Shown here piece by piece: positions 28,389 through 40,756 of a stretch of 64,000 nt of DNA. The notes beneath the pieces were generated by a model. It worked only from the letters and a program-made list of their open reading frames with translations, was not told the origin of the DNA and ran no database searches. The DNA lies in assembly GCA_964016885.1 (NCBI GenBank), contig OZ024748.1:21018001-21082000 (forward strand), given 5' to 3'. Source of the stretch: Eledone cirrhosa (Eukaryota). Numbering within the stretch: the stretch's first letter is position 1; every line of letters starts with the position of its first letter. The position numbers and the translations under genes are program-made.

Positions 28389-28516
28389 ATAAATGTAATC
28401 TGAGTTTTTCGATGGGGGGGGGGGTTCATTCTACTGACATGGCTTTAAAAATGAGGCTGTTTGCATAATTGTAAACGAATCGAATATTATCATTAATATT
28501 CGAAAAACTCAGATTA
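28389..28516 (+). mobile_element. Family B 3' fragment with short inverted start
   Basis: AATCTGAGTTTTTCGA ... TCGAAAAACTCAGATT; body matches the reverse complement of 1530-1625. Confidence 0.65.
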
Positions 28517-28586
28517 TATATATATATATATATATGAGAGACGTAAAATAAGAAAATTGTAAAATTAACTTACTTACTAAAAAATC

Positions 28587-28669
28587 ACTTCCAACTAATT
28601 AGTTTCTGGAATGGAGTAAATATATTTTCCGAAGAAACTTATAGAAAATCATTCCGTCATCAGGAAAGT
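28587..28669 (-). ncRNA. Type I hammerhead ribozyme, family H
   Basis: Minus strand ACTTTC-CTGATGA-CGGAATG...CATTCCA-GAAA-CTAATTAG-TT-GGAAGT; palindromic stem III. Confidence 0.75.
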
Positions 28670-28938
28670 CTTTTTCCGTATAGGTCTCCAGGCATAGCGA
28701 GGACACTGGAAACTTATTAAAAAAATAATTCAGTGGAATGGAAATAGCGATGCGTGGACTGGATTCCAAGCCATTGAGAAAATCACTGCCTCCACGTCCG
28801 TGGCAAATTCAAAAAGAATCAATCACGTGACATCGAGGTCAATCAGTGGAAAGCGAGTGGTTATTAAGACAGCGGCCAGCTTACTACCATAGTAGCAGTC
28901 ATGGCCAAATATTGCTCGACAAATGAATTGGAGATAAT

Positions 28939-29127
28939 TATAAGGAATTTATATCTAGTAACATTTATATACACACAGATGCATATCAATGCTAGCAAAT
29001 ATATAGGTTTTGTCTTATTAACAATGCAACCCCATGCATGCAACCAAGTTGTTAATAAGACAAAACCTATATATTTGCTAGCATTGATATGCATCTGTGT
29101 GTATATAAATGTTACTAGATATAAATT

Positions 29128-29133
<6 letters not shown>
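28939..29133. repeat. Near-perfect inverted repeat (~85-bp arms, ~24-bp spacer), probably the 5' foldback of the family H element (28535-29133)
   Basis: ATAAGGAATTTATATC...TTATTAACAA / TTGTTAATAA...GATATAAATTCCTTAT. Confidence 0.85.
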
Positions 29134-29182
<49 letters not shown>

Positions 29183-29184
<2 letters not shown>

Positions 29185-29536
29185 GGAGGTGAGTTTTATT
29201 GTAGTACAATAAAGCAATGCAGATATCGGATAAGAAGCACTCTACAGTTTGTAGGACTGGAGTATATATAATATATAAGAACAAAAGATGGTTAAAAGAG
29301 TTCCTTGTATTTTATTATGCGCATTTCAAAAACAAATATCATCATGCAATAATATTTGTGTTTTCATCATATCATGATATGTTGATTTAAAACTGCACTA
29401 TCCACAAGTGTTTTTTAATCTTCATATCATGTCTTCCTGTTTTATCTGATGAAAACACAAATATTATTGTATGATGATATTTGTTTTTGAAATGCGCATA
29501 ATAAAATACATGGAACTCTTTTAACCATCTTTTGTT

Positions 29537-29540
<4 letters not shown>
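29183..29540. mobile_element. Family A foldback; intact hammerhead at 29440-29506 (+)
   Basis: TTTTAT-CTGATGA...GAAA-TGCGCA-TA-ATAAAA; left arm truncated within CTGATGA. Confidence 0.85.
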
Positions 29541-29583
<43 letters not shown>

Positions 29584-29584
29584 C

Positions 29585-30092
29585 ATATTGTTATACTTTG
29601 GGAGGGTCATGTTGCCAATAAGAAACACACGCACCATATGCTTTAACTCCAATTTATTATAAATTAAATTTATTAATTTAAGAAATTCGTAAATTTCCGG
29701 TTGGTTCCACAACAGGACGGTTGTTCATATATTGTCAAAGTTCTTTTGTCACACATTCTGTGACCTCTCTAGTCACTGGGGATTCTTTTCTTTGTTTTGT
29801 GCCTCTTCTTTGTTCTGTCCTACGCCATCAAAACAAGATGGCGTAGGACAGAACAAAGGAGAGGCACAAAACAAAGAAAATAATTCCAGGGCACTGAAGA
29901 GGTCACAGAATGTGTGACGAAAGAACTTTGATAATATATGAACAACCGTCCTGTTGTGGAACCAACCAAACAACCAACCGGAAATTTACGAATTTCTTAA
30001 ATTAATAAATTTAATTTATAATAAATTGGAGTGAAATCAACTGGTGCGTGTGTTTCTTATTGGCAACATGACCCTCCCAAAGTATAACAATA
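29585..30092. mobile_element. Foldback element, family I (~250-bp arms, 7-nt loop) with partial hammerhead core
   Basis: Centre GCCATC-AAAACAA-GATGGC; CTGAAGA-G-GTCACA GAATG TGTGAC-GAAA at 29894-29922, but stems I and III not resolved. Confidence 0.7.
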
Positions 30093-30170
30093 TCGGTTTC
30101 AACACACGTTTTCAAATAAAGAATCTTGCTAAACAAATTCAGAAACGAAATATATATACCATATTTTTCA

Positions 30171-30236
<66 letters not shown>

Positions 30237-30258
30237 TTAAAAATAATGTATTCCTATA

Positions 30259-30442
30259 ATAATTGTTTCTACTTTTGGCTCAAGGCCAGCAATTATCCCA
30301 GTGCGTTACTGATGCTTTATTTTATTGGCCCAGTAAGGATGAAAGGCAAAGCTAACCTCGGCGAGATTTGAACTCAGAACGTAAAGTGTCATTACTCCAT
30401 GCCACAAAACATGTTGTCCGACGCTTTACCGATACTGCCATC
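30259..30442 (-). mobile_element. S1 SINE
   Basis: S1 core. Confidence 0.85.
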
Positions 30443-30471
30443 CGACTCTAAATTATATTATTTTTCATGGG

Positions 30472-30523
<52 letters not shown>

Positions 30524-30676
30524 CTATGTGACTACCTATGTGTGTGTGTGTATATAAGTGTGTGTATGTGCGTGTTTGTGTGTGTGTCACGTCACTCCTT
30601 TTTTATTCCGTTTTCCTCTCCTTTCATTACATTTGATTTATCACATATACCAGCGAAACAATACTTCGTCATCTTA

Positions 30677-30867
<191 letters not shown>

Positions 30868-31022
30868 TGTGTGTACGTATATATGTATGTATATATACAT
30901 ATGTACATATATATATGGGTATGTATGTGTTTCTGTGTGTGTGTATATGAGTGTGTGACGCCGGCGATGTGCTTCTGGTGTAGCGCTCATGAATAAAAAC
31001 ATTCCCAGCGTTGCATGTGATA

Positions 31023-31051
31023 TCACGTGACGCCACCAAGAACATGGCGGC
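31023..31051 (+). promoter_or_regulatory. Candidate promoter motif pair (E-box TCACGTGAC plus YY1-like AACATGGCGGC)
   Basis: Motif match in a locally CpG-rich patch; no associated gene seen. Confidence 0.3.
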
Positions 31052-31671
31052 AAACATCTATATAAACATTAAAAGCCACACACTCAGCCCACAACTATAT
31101 AGACATTAAACACCCAGAGTCCACAACTGTACAGACATTTGACACCATTAGCTATAAATAAATACATTATCCTTCAGTCAAAACGTGAGAGATATTACTA
31201 GAGATTCTTACAAACTCTGACCGTTTTCTACATTTTTATATGGCTTGCTTCTGGCGTGGAAATTATTTAAATTCTTCGTTGATGGTCTAATGTGTTGCGT
31301 TTTGTGTGCTGGTGTTGTGCGTTGTGTGTTTTGTGTTGTGTGCTTTGTTTTGTGTGTTTTGTAATGTATGTTGTGTGTTATGTGATGTGTGTATGGTTTG
31401 AGTGTATATGTTGTATCATTGATGTTTATGTAACACGTGTGATGTTTAGCTCTCTATATGTTTATATATATATTCCTGATTCCTGTATTTTCGTTGCTCT
31501 AGTGATGCGGCTGGACTGCCGATCACTATTTTTGATTTGCTAAGCTGTCTAAACGTATTGTTATTACTCTGGGGTACTTTTACCCATCCGAGTGCTAAAG
31601 CTATAGACCGAATTTGCATTCGTTAGCTTGGCCGCGAACTAAAGCTTCGTTAATGCTGTACTAGAAGTTGT

Positions 31672-31818
<147 letters not shown>

Positions 31819-31881
31819 TGTATGTATGTATTGCACCACATCACGCAAAACACACCAGCCATGTAACTATATATATATATA

Positions 31882-32230
31882 TACAATATATTAATAAATG
31901 GAAACTATATTTATAAAACCATAATTATTTTATTATATATATTTCCAGGGCAACCAAGGTAAATTATGGTGCGCTTCAATGGTAGAAATTCGCTGGATAT
32001 CCATGTCAATATTATTTATAATACAAATCTGTATTTTATCTGATGAAAGCGCACCATAATTTACCTTGGTTGCCCTTGAAATATATATAATAAAATAATT
32101 ATGGTTTTATAAATATAGTTTCCATTTATTAATATATTGTATATTTACTCCACTAACTGTTGAGTGCTTTATATCAGTTATAAAAATGTTTAAGGTTGTT
32201 GAATTCCAACAAATTAAATATAACCTCTGC
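31882..32230. mobile_element. Family E foldback; hammerhead at 32032-32097 (+)
   Basis: TATTTTAT-CTGATGA-AAGCGCACCA..TGGTTGCCCTT-GAAA-TATATA-TA-ATAAAATA; inverted arm at 31882-31978. Confidence 0.85.
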
Positions 32231-32252
32231 ATATATATATATATATATATAT

Positions 32253-32456
32253 ACGTTATTCCGGGTTGAATCGGAGGTAACCACAGTAAGTAAGGTACTC
32301 AATACATAGCAGAGTATAAAAGTTTTAATATAGATGAGATTCTATAGGACTAGAACTGTTTCATTCATTAGAAATCATCAGGAATCGCTGATTCCTGATG
32401 ATTTCTAATGAATGAAACAGTTCTAGTCCTGTAGAATCTCATCTATATTAAAACTA
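32253..32456. mobile_element. Family F foldback; hammerheads at 32390-32438 (+) and 32338-32386 (-)
   Basis: GATTC-CTGATGA-TTTCTAATGAAT-GAAA-CAGTTCTAGTCCTG-TA-GAATC; other copies at 44716-44744 and 54185-54296. Confidence 0.85.
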
Positions 32457-32542
32457 TATATATATATATGTATGTATATATGTACGTATTTATGTATGTA
32501 TTTCACTACATCGCACAAAACACCAGCATGTAACTATATATA

Positions 32543-32684
<142 letters not shown>

Positions 32685-32902
32685 ACTATGTCTGTGGCCA
32701 CATGGAATCACTTCACGCTAAACAGTTGTTTCATTCCTAATAAATTGATGTTTATGTCTCAAGACTAATATTACAGGCACCAGTTTGATTGTATGTGTCT
32801 GTGTGAGTGTGTTTGTGTGTGTTTGTATGTGTTTGTATGTGCCTGTTTGTGCGTCCCTGTACGTGTGTATGCGTGTTTCTCTGTATGAGTGTGTGTATGC
32901 GT

Positions 32903-32949
<47 letters not shown>

Positions 32950-32989
32950 ACTCTCTCCCCCTCTCTCTATCTCACTCTCTCTCTCTCTC

Positions 32990-33024
<35 letters not shown>

Positions 33025-33059
33025 CTTAAAATGTGCAAGCACAAATATATAGCTATTTA

Positions 33060-33165
<106 letters not shown>

Positions 33166-33345
33166 TATAATTATAAGTTTGAAGAATAGACAGACAGAAT
33201 TTATAAAATTTGTTCTTCTTAGTCCGTAGAAATCAACTAGATAAATAATCATTTAAACGAAGCTGAGATTAAAATGTAACTTTGAAGAAATAACAGATAA
33301 ATGTTATCGATACTCCCTTTTGAGGAACAGTCAGATAAAATTTAC

Positions 33346-33420
<75 letters not shown>

Positions 33421-33546
33421 GTGAGGTTTTTTTACAAAATGAAAAATAACCGAGGTGTCCTACACAAGTGAAAGTATAAAGAAAAAAAGATGAAATCGAA
33501 AATGCAACTGGAGTCTTATTTTTTTAAATATATATATTTTATTTGG

Positions 33547-33588
33547 TTCCTTTACCGGTTTTGCAGTTCTTCTGCTTTTCAAACGTAG
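33547..33588 (-). ncRNA. Variant/degenerate hammerhead (U3/A8 core), family J
   Basis: Minus strand TTGAAAA-GCAG AAGAA CTGC-AAAA-CCGG-TA; related copy at 54728-54765. Confidence 0.4.
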
Positions 33589-34049
33589 AGTTGAGATGGA
33601 GGGTCTGTGGTTTTTCTCACATCTGGTTGGTCTTTGAATGTTACTTGTTTTATATGGAAAAAAGTGGCTCGAAATGCCAGGTTTTTAGAGAAGTAATTTG
33701 ATTGGTTGGTCAATAAGTATAATAAATTTCGCGCCAGTTCGCGTTACAAAGTTCTATACAGACATACATAGTTGTGGGTAATAATCTTAGTGGCATTCTA
33801 TATTGACCTTGGGTATAAAACTGACGTTTGTGTTAAGATTAGTTGGTATGAAGTAAGAGAAACCGTTTATTATGATCATTGGCAATTCCAGCAAACAGTT
33901 ATTGTTATCAAAATTAGCCACTCCAAAACTGTTTATTTAAAAGGATTTTATTTTATTTTACATTAGCAGCTTATTTGAATAAACTGACCAGTTGTTGATG
34001 TATTCTTTGCTTAATGTTATCAGTCGGTTATTATTATTGAATATATTTC

Positions 34050-34265
34050 ATCCGAAAGTTATTTTAGGGGCAAAACCAATCGGCAAGAGACCCAGGGGTA
34101 GACCACGAGCAAGATGCTTGGATAAGATCGATGAGCTTAGCTGGTCACGCTTGGTAATCCAGCCGGATCAGTTGGAGACGGTTACTTCCGATAGGACCTA
34201 CTGGGGGGAGTGTTTGAGGACTCTGCCCCCACGACCCTCTCAGGAATATGTGGTCGAAGAAGAAG

Positions 34266-34295
<30 letters not shown>
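34050..34295 (+). mobile_element. RTE-clade LINE 3' fragment with (GAA)n tail
   Basis: GKRPRGRPRARCLD...DRTYW motif. Confidence 0.75.
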
Positions 34296-34296
<1 letters not shown>

Positions 34297-34351
34297 TATT
34301 TGTTAACCGTTAACCATCCTTACATTCAACAAGTGCTAAGCCAACAACACT

Positions 34352-34806
34352 GATTTCTAGCAGGTCTAACAACCATCTAGAAGCTCCCTTGTATGATTGT
34401 ATCGTTCACCACCTAGGAACTCCCTTGAATGATTGTATCGTTCTGTTGAGGTCATTTGGTTGGTATTTCTAGCAAGTCTAACAACCACCTAGGAACTCCC
34501 TTGAATGATTGTATCGTTCTGTTGAGGTCATTTGGTTGGTATTTCTAGCAAGTCTAACAGCCACCTAGAAGCTCCCTTGTATGATTGCATCGTTCTGTTG
34601 AGATAATTTGGTTGTTATTTCTAGCAAGTCTAACAACCACCTAGAAGCTCCCTTGTATGATTGTATCGTTCACCACCTAGGAGCTCCCTTGAATGATTGT
34701 ATCGTTCACCACCTAGGAGCTCCCTTGAATGATTGTATCGTTCTGTTGAGGTCATTTGGTTGGTATTTCTAGCAAGTCTAACAGCCACCTAGAAGCTCCC
34801 TTGTAT
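34352..34806. repeat. ~70-bp tandem repeat with ~31-bp partial units
   Basis: ATTTCTAGCAAGTCTAACAACCACCTAG(A/G)A(A/G)CTCCCTTG(A/T)ATGATTGTATCGTTC repeated. Confidence 0.9.
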
Positions 34807-35710
34807 AGTTATATATCTCTATCACAGTTGAGTGGTTACACATTCTCTGTGTTATCTTTATTACTGTCTATTTCAAGTATTCACACCTACTCACACTCTG
34901 TTTCTATTGATGAACCTCCTGATCTCGCTTTGTACATCTGTCTCTTTTCCTTACAACTCCACAAATCACTGACTTTCGCTTGACAGTCTAATCCCACACC
35001 TAATCTCACTCACCAATTGATCGAATATGTTCGATTAGAAGAAATTATTTGCACGAAACAGACATGAAAAAGTATCGTTCATCATGCGTTACAGGTTTTC
35101 AGGTCAGAATTTGCATTGAAAGATCTAAAGTTTTGACTTTTTAAAGACAGCTGGAATGACTTCAGGTATGGTTGTTGTTTCCTGATTTATTGAGAGATTC
35201 TAGTTTGACCTGAACCTGACTAACAATTAATCCGAATTGAATAAAATGGATGAGGTAGAGTGTTTCTACGAGAGATATTTTATAACTTCATTTTCGCTTG
35301 AGTGACTTTTCCGCCATCGTTTTATTGAAATTCTCAAAGCAAACACGAAAGCAAACTATCATAAAACATCTTTTGTGCAGAGATGTTTATCATATCTTAG
35401 GGCGAAAATATATTTGTAGAAATAAATGTATCTCCTCTTCGGAGATTTAGCGTTGATTGTTCCAGCTATCCTCTTCTCAATATGTCCGACTATAATTCCA
35501 TAAAGATATTAGTTATTTGGGGAAGGTGGGCAAGTAGCGAGCTGGGGAGAGCTTTAAATAAACTGTTTCATCCATATTTCTCTTATTATTCATATCAGTC
35601 TGTCTGTCAGTCAGTCAGTCAGCTATTTGAGTATTTCAGGTGAAGATTAATTCTGTGAAACACTATTTATTTTGCATATGTATGTGTGCATATATATATG
35701 CATATATATA

Positions 35711-35750
<40 letters not shown>

Positions 35751-35787
35751 AAAGTTATATTTAAATTGTTGGGTTACAACTAGTAAA

Positions 35788-35849
<62 letters not shown>

Positions 35850-35851
<2 letters not shown>

Positions 35852-36045
35852 AAAAAGTATGACCCTGACGGCAGAGCTCAAGCCGTTTCGACGGCTATTT
35901 CTGGAAAGAGTCCAGAAATAGCCGTTGAAACGGCTTGAGCTCTGCCGCCGGGGTCATACTTTTTCCGATTTCCCACTCTACTACCCTAAGTATTGAGTAC
36001 TCTGGTGCGTTATGGTACATTTGGTTCCTTACCACAATTCCTTTG

Positions 36046-36088
<43 letters not shown>

Positions 36089-36275
36089 AACAAGTAAGAC
36101 CCCGACGGCTGAGCTCAAGCCGTTTCGACGGCTAATTCTGTCTAGAATTAGCCGTCAAAACGGCTTGAGCTCAGCCGTCGGGGTCTTACTTGTTCCTATT
36201 ACCCACTCTACTACCGTAAGTATTGAGTACCTTGGTGCGTTATGGTCCACCTGGTTCCTTACCACTTTTCCTTCG

Positions 36276-36277
<2 letters not shown>
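35850..36277 (+). mobile_element. Two family G foldback elements (35850-36047, 36084-36277) separated by (TA)n
   Basis: Palindromes centred at ~35907 and ~36141; ..GAAA-CGGCT TGAGCTC AGCCG-TC-GGGGTC hammerhead 3' half; shared 3' tail. Confidence 0.75.
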
Positions 36278-36353
<76 letters not shown>

Positions 36354-36393
36354 TGTGTGTATGTATTATATATATATATATATAGGGTGTGTG

Positions 36394-36431
<38 letters not shown>

Positions 36432-36453
36432 GTGTATATATATATATAGGGTG

Positions 36454-36495
<42 letters not shown>

Positions 36496-36496
36496 G

Positions 36497-36542
<46 letters not shown>

Positions 36543-36839
36543 ATATACCATATAGTATATATCAATGCCCAGGTTGTATTTCACACGTGTTTTATTGCTG
36601 ATTCTTCTTCACCGTTATTTATTATATTTCTAATAAAAATTCTGCCGATTTCAGACTTAATACTCAGTACAGTATGATGAGACTCTATCAGACTTTATCT
36701 TGTTGCTGTTCCCCCTTGAAATCTATCGGTCAATTAAGTCAACATTTACTTCATAATAATCTTCTCAGCTCGTCAGCGAATCAACAATTTTCCTTCCTTT
36801 TTGCTTTCGTTCTATATTTATTAATGTTTCTCTTTCACT

Positions 36840-37745
36840 CTTTCTCTCCCCCTCCCCCCTTCTCCTCTTCTCCCTTCTTGCATTTTTTTTTTCTATCCCC
36901 TCTTCTCCCTTCTTGCTTTCTCTCGCCCTCTTTCTCTCTTCTCCCTTTCTTTCTCTTTCACCCCTTCTCCCTTTCTTCCTTTCTTTCTTTCTTTCTTTCT
37001 TTCTCCCTTTCTTTCTCCTCTTCTCACTTTCTTTCTCTCTTCCTCTTTCTCCCTCTTCTCACTTCCTTTCTCTCTCCCTCTATCTCCTCTTCTCCCTTTC
37101 TTTCTCTCTTCCTCTATCTCCCCTTCTCACTTTCTCTCTCTCTCTCTATCTCCTCTTCTCCCTTTCTTTCTCTCTCCCTCTATCTCCTCTTCTCCCTTTC
37201 TTTCTCTCACCCTCTTTCTCCTTTTCTCCCTTTCTTTCTCTTTCTCCCCTTCTCCCTTTCTTTCTTTCTCCCCTTCTCCCTTTCTCCCTTTCTTTCTTTC
37301 TCCCTCTTTCTCCTCTTCTCCCTTTCTTTCTCTCCTCTTCCTCTTTCTCCTTTTCTCCCTTTCTTTCTCTCTCCCTCTATCTCCTCCCCTCCCTCTCTTT
37401 CTCTCCTCCTCTTCCCAACCCTCTCAGCTAATCTATCATAAGCCCCAATGTTTATTGTTCACGTTTACGCTCCTTTCTAATAAATATATCCATTATCTCT
37501 AATATTTAACACCTTCTTTCTAACTCTTATCCTTTTCTACCATTCAACTCGAGATAAACCAGAATCCATCTATCTTCTGCTCTTCCTTGCATCTTTCTAG
37601 CTACATTCAGTTAACAGAACTCCTTCTTTCCTTCCTTCCTTCTTTCCTTCTTTCTTTCTTTCTTTCTTTCCTTTCTTCTTTCCTTCTTTCTTTCTTTCTT
37701 TCTTTCCTTCTTTCTTTCTTTCTTTTTTTTCCTTTCCTTCTTTCT
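36840..37745. repeat. Polypyrimidine (CT-rich) low-complexity tracts
   Basis: Direct reading. Confidence 0.9.
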
Positions 37746-38235
37746 GTTCTCTTCTGCTGTAGTTACACGTATTGTAGAGGTAATATGGCTGCTGTTACAA
37801 TAGAATAATGGACTGCCAGATCATAAAATGTGATTTGGAATCAACGAGCTGTGGTTATTTGATCTGCTAAAAATGGCCGCCAAATCTCCAGTTATTTCTC
37901 ATTTCTTTCTTGTTTTTATTTCAACCATATGAATACAACAGGATTCATATTACTGTTGTTGTTATTGTTATTCTTGATATTTAACTCCAAGTCTTCCAAT
38001 GTTATCATCGAAGGCGTTTCAGCTACGATCATTAATCTATGTGCATATCTAAGACCACAGTCTCCGATGCTTTCTTCTTTCCTTTTTTTCAAAAAAAAAA
38101 AGTGTTATTTGAGAATGATTTGGTTGCTATTTCTAGTAAGTTGAGCGAACTTGCAGAGGCTCTCTTATTGTTATTACTGATATCTTAGAAAAGATTAACG
38201 ACAAAGTGATCTTGGGTGGGATTTCTGCTCAGAAT

Positions 38236-38308
<73 letters not shown>

Positions 38309-38364
38309 CCATCATCATCATCACCACCATCATCACCACCACCACCATTATCATAATCATTATT

Positions 38365-38687
38365 AAAGACAGTACAAGACGCTACAGTGTGGGGTTTTTG
38401 TTGTGTAAAATAGAATTGTTTTCTTAATAGGTTATAAATTCTATTTTACACAAAAAACCCACACTGTATCATCCTGTACCGTCTTTAATGTATCCTTAAT
38501 GTGAACCCCGTGTGGCTAATAAAGAAATCATTATTATTATTATTGTTACGGCCCTTGCCATTCTGAGTTCAAATCCTGCCGAGGTTCACTTTGCCTTTCA
38601 TCCTTACGGGGTCGATAAAATAAAGTACCAGTAATACACTGGGTAATTGCTGGCCTTGTGCCAAAAGTAGAAACAATTATTATTATA
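38365..38687 (+). mobile_element. Tx1-like 3' stub with inverted start, followed by a truncated S1 SINE (38546-38687)
   Basis: ACAGTGTGGGGTTTTTG../..AAAAAACCCACACTGT; AATAAAGAAATC(ATT)n. Confidence 0.7.
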
Positions 38688-38689
38688 AT

Positions 38690-39180
38690 TGTTATTTTTT
38701 CTTTTTTATACATATAATTTTGTTTTTTTGTTTTTTACACGGAGAAATGCCCATTTGTACCGTCTTGTACCGTCCTGTACCGTCCTGTACCGTCTTGGGG
38801 TGTCCTGGGCTGTCCTGAGCAGTCCTGGGCTGTGCTGGATTGTCCTGGGGTGTCCTGTACCGTCTTGTACCGTCTTGGGGTGTCCTGGGCTGTCCTTGGC
38901 TGTCCTCTACCGTCCTGGGGTGTCCTGTACCGTCCTGTACCGTCCTATACCGTCTTGGGGTGTCCTGGGCTGTCCTGGGATGTCCTGGGCTGTCCTGGGG
39001 TGTTCTGTACCGTCCTGTACCGTCTTGGGAGTGTCTTGGGCTGTCCTGGGCTGTCCTGGGGTGTTCTGTACCGTCCTGTACCGTCTTGGGAGTGTCCTGG
39101 GCTGTCCTGGGCTGTCCTGGGCTGTCCTTAATGTTATACTTTATGTCAACCCTTGTGGTTAATAAAGAAAGCATTATTAT
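38690..39180 (+). mobile_element. Tx1-like 3'UTR stub with an internal 10-bp minisatellite (38756-39128)
   Basis: Flanks match 26910-27020; units TGTACCGTCC/TGGGCTGTCC/TGGGGTGTCC. Confidence 0.8.
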
Positions 39181-39285
39181 TTTTGTTGTTGTTGTTGTTG
39201 TTATTATTATTCGGATCCGTCTATCAGCTGAGTCCATCGTGAGGATTTCCCGGCCACTTCCTTTAGTCGATGATGATGATGATGG

Positions 39286-39317
<32 letters not shown>

Positions 39318-39414
39318 ATGATGGGGATGGGGATGATGATGATGATGGTGATGGTGGTGATGATGGTGATGATGATGATGATGATGATGATGGTGATGGG
39401 GATGGGGATGATGA

Positions 39415-39448
<34 letters not shown>

Positions 39449-39629
39449 GGTGGTGGTGGTGGTGGTGGTGGTGGTGGTGGTGGTGGTGGTGGTGGTGGTG
39501 GTGGTGGTGATGGTGATGATGGCGGCGGAGGTGGTGGTGGAAGGTTGTGGTAGTGGCGGCGGCAGTGATAGTGACGACGATGATGATGATGGTAATTATG
39601 ACAACAATGACTTTCATGATGTTAATGAT

Positions 39630-39998
39630 AACTGTTTCTACTATGGGCACAAGGCCAGCAATAGGCCCCCAGTGTATTACTGGTACTTTATTTTATCGAC
39701 ACCGTAAGGATGAAAGGTAAAGTTAACCTCGGCGGGATTTGAACTCAGACTGTAAAGGGACGTAACTCTGCTGGAAAGTATGGCGTCCGACCCTCTACCG
39801 ATGAAGAAGAAGAAGAAGAAGAAGAAGAAGAAGAAGAAGAAGAAGAAGAAGAAGAAGAGCATATAGCAAAATATTGTTTCTACTTTTGGCACAAGGCCAG
39901 CAATAACCACACACCACAGTGTATTACTGGTGCTTTATTTTATCGACCCCGTAGGGATGAAAGGCAAAGTTGACCTCGGCGGGATTTGAACTCAGATC

Positions 39999-40030
<32 letters not shown>

Positions 40031-40626
40031 AAGAAGAAGACCGTGATAAAAACAACAACAACAACAACAACAACATAAAATATAAAAGAATACATGAAAA
40101 TTAAAACCATTATACAGGAGATCTTTATTAGATTTCAAATTGCAATTAATTTAATTGTTAACGATGTAATGGGATGTTTATCTCATCAACGTTCTTTAAT
40201 GGTGAGGATGTCAGATCAAATGACAGGACAGCAGCAACAACAACAACAACCAACAACAGGGTTATAGTTGTTACCACTGTTAACAGTAATAACAGTGTTA
40301 GTATTGTTACTAGTTATAACGCCACCATCAACATCATTACCATCACTACTACAACACTCTCTCTTTCAGTGCCATCACATGTTATCGTCTCTACTATCAT
40401 CTCCCCCCCCCCCTCCCCCCACACAGAGCATATAGCAAAATATTGTTTCTACTTTTGGTGGCACAAGGCCAGCAATAACCTCCTCCCTCCACCCCAGTGT
40501 ATTACTGGTGTTTTATTTTATCGACCCCGTAGGGATGAAAGGCAAAGTTAACCTCGGCGGGATTTGAACTCAGACCGTAAAGGGCCATAACTCGATGCTG
40601 CAAAGCATGGCGTCCGACCCTCTACC
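39630..40626 (-). mobile_element. Three S1 SINEs (39630-39802, 39870-40002, 40440-40626)
   Basis: S1 core. Confidence 0.85.
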
Positions 40627-40756
40627 TATAGCAAAATATAATATGAATATATATATATATATATATATATAATGGAAAAATTTGAACAGGGACAAAACAG
40701 AGAGGCAGTACAACGAATGTTTATTAATTTCACGCTCTGGAGAGTGGGGTGGTGGT

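Noticed and set aside
34352-34806. Repeat array with CRISPR-like periodicity
   Set aside because: The intervening sequences are repeated rather than unique, and the context is eukaryotic.
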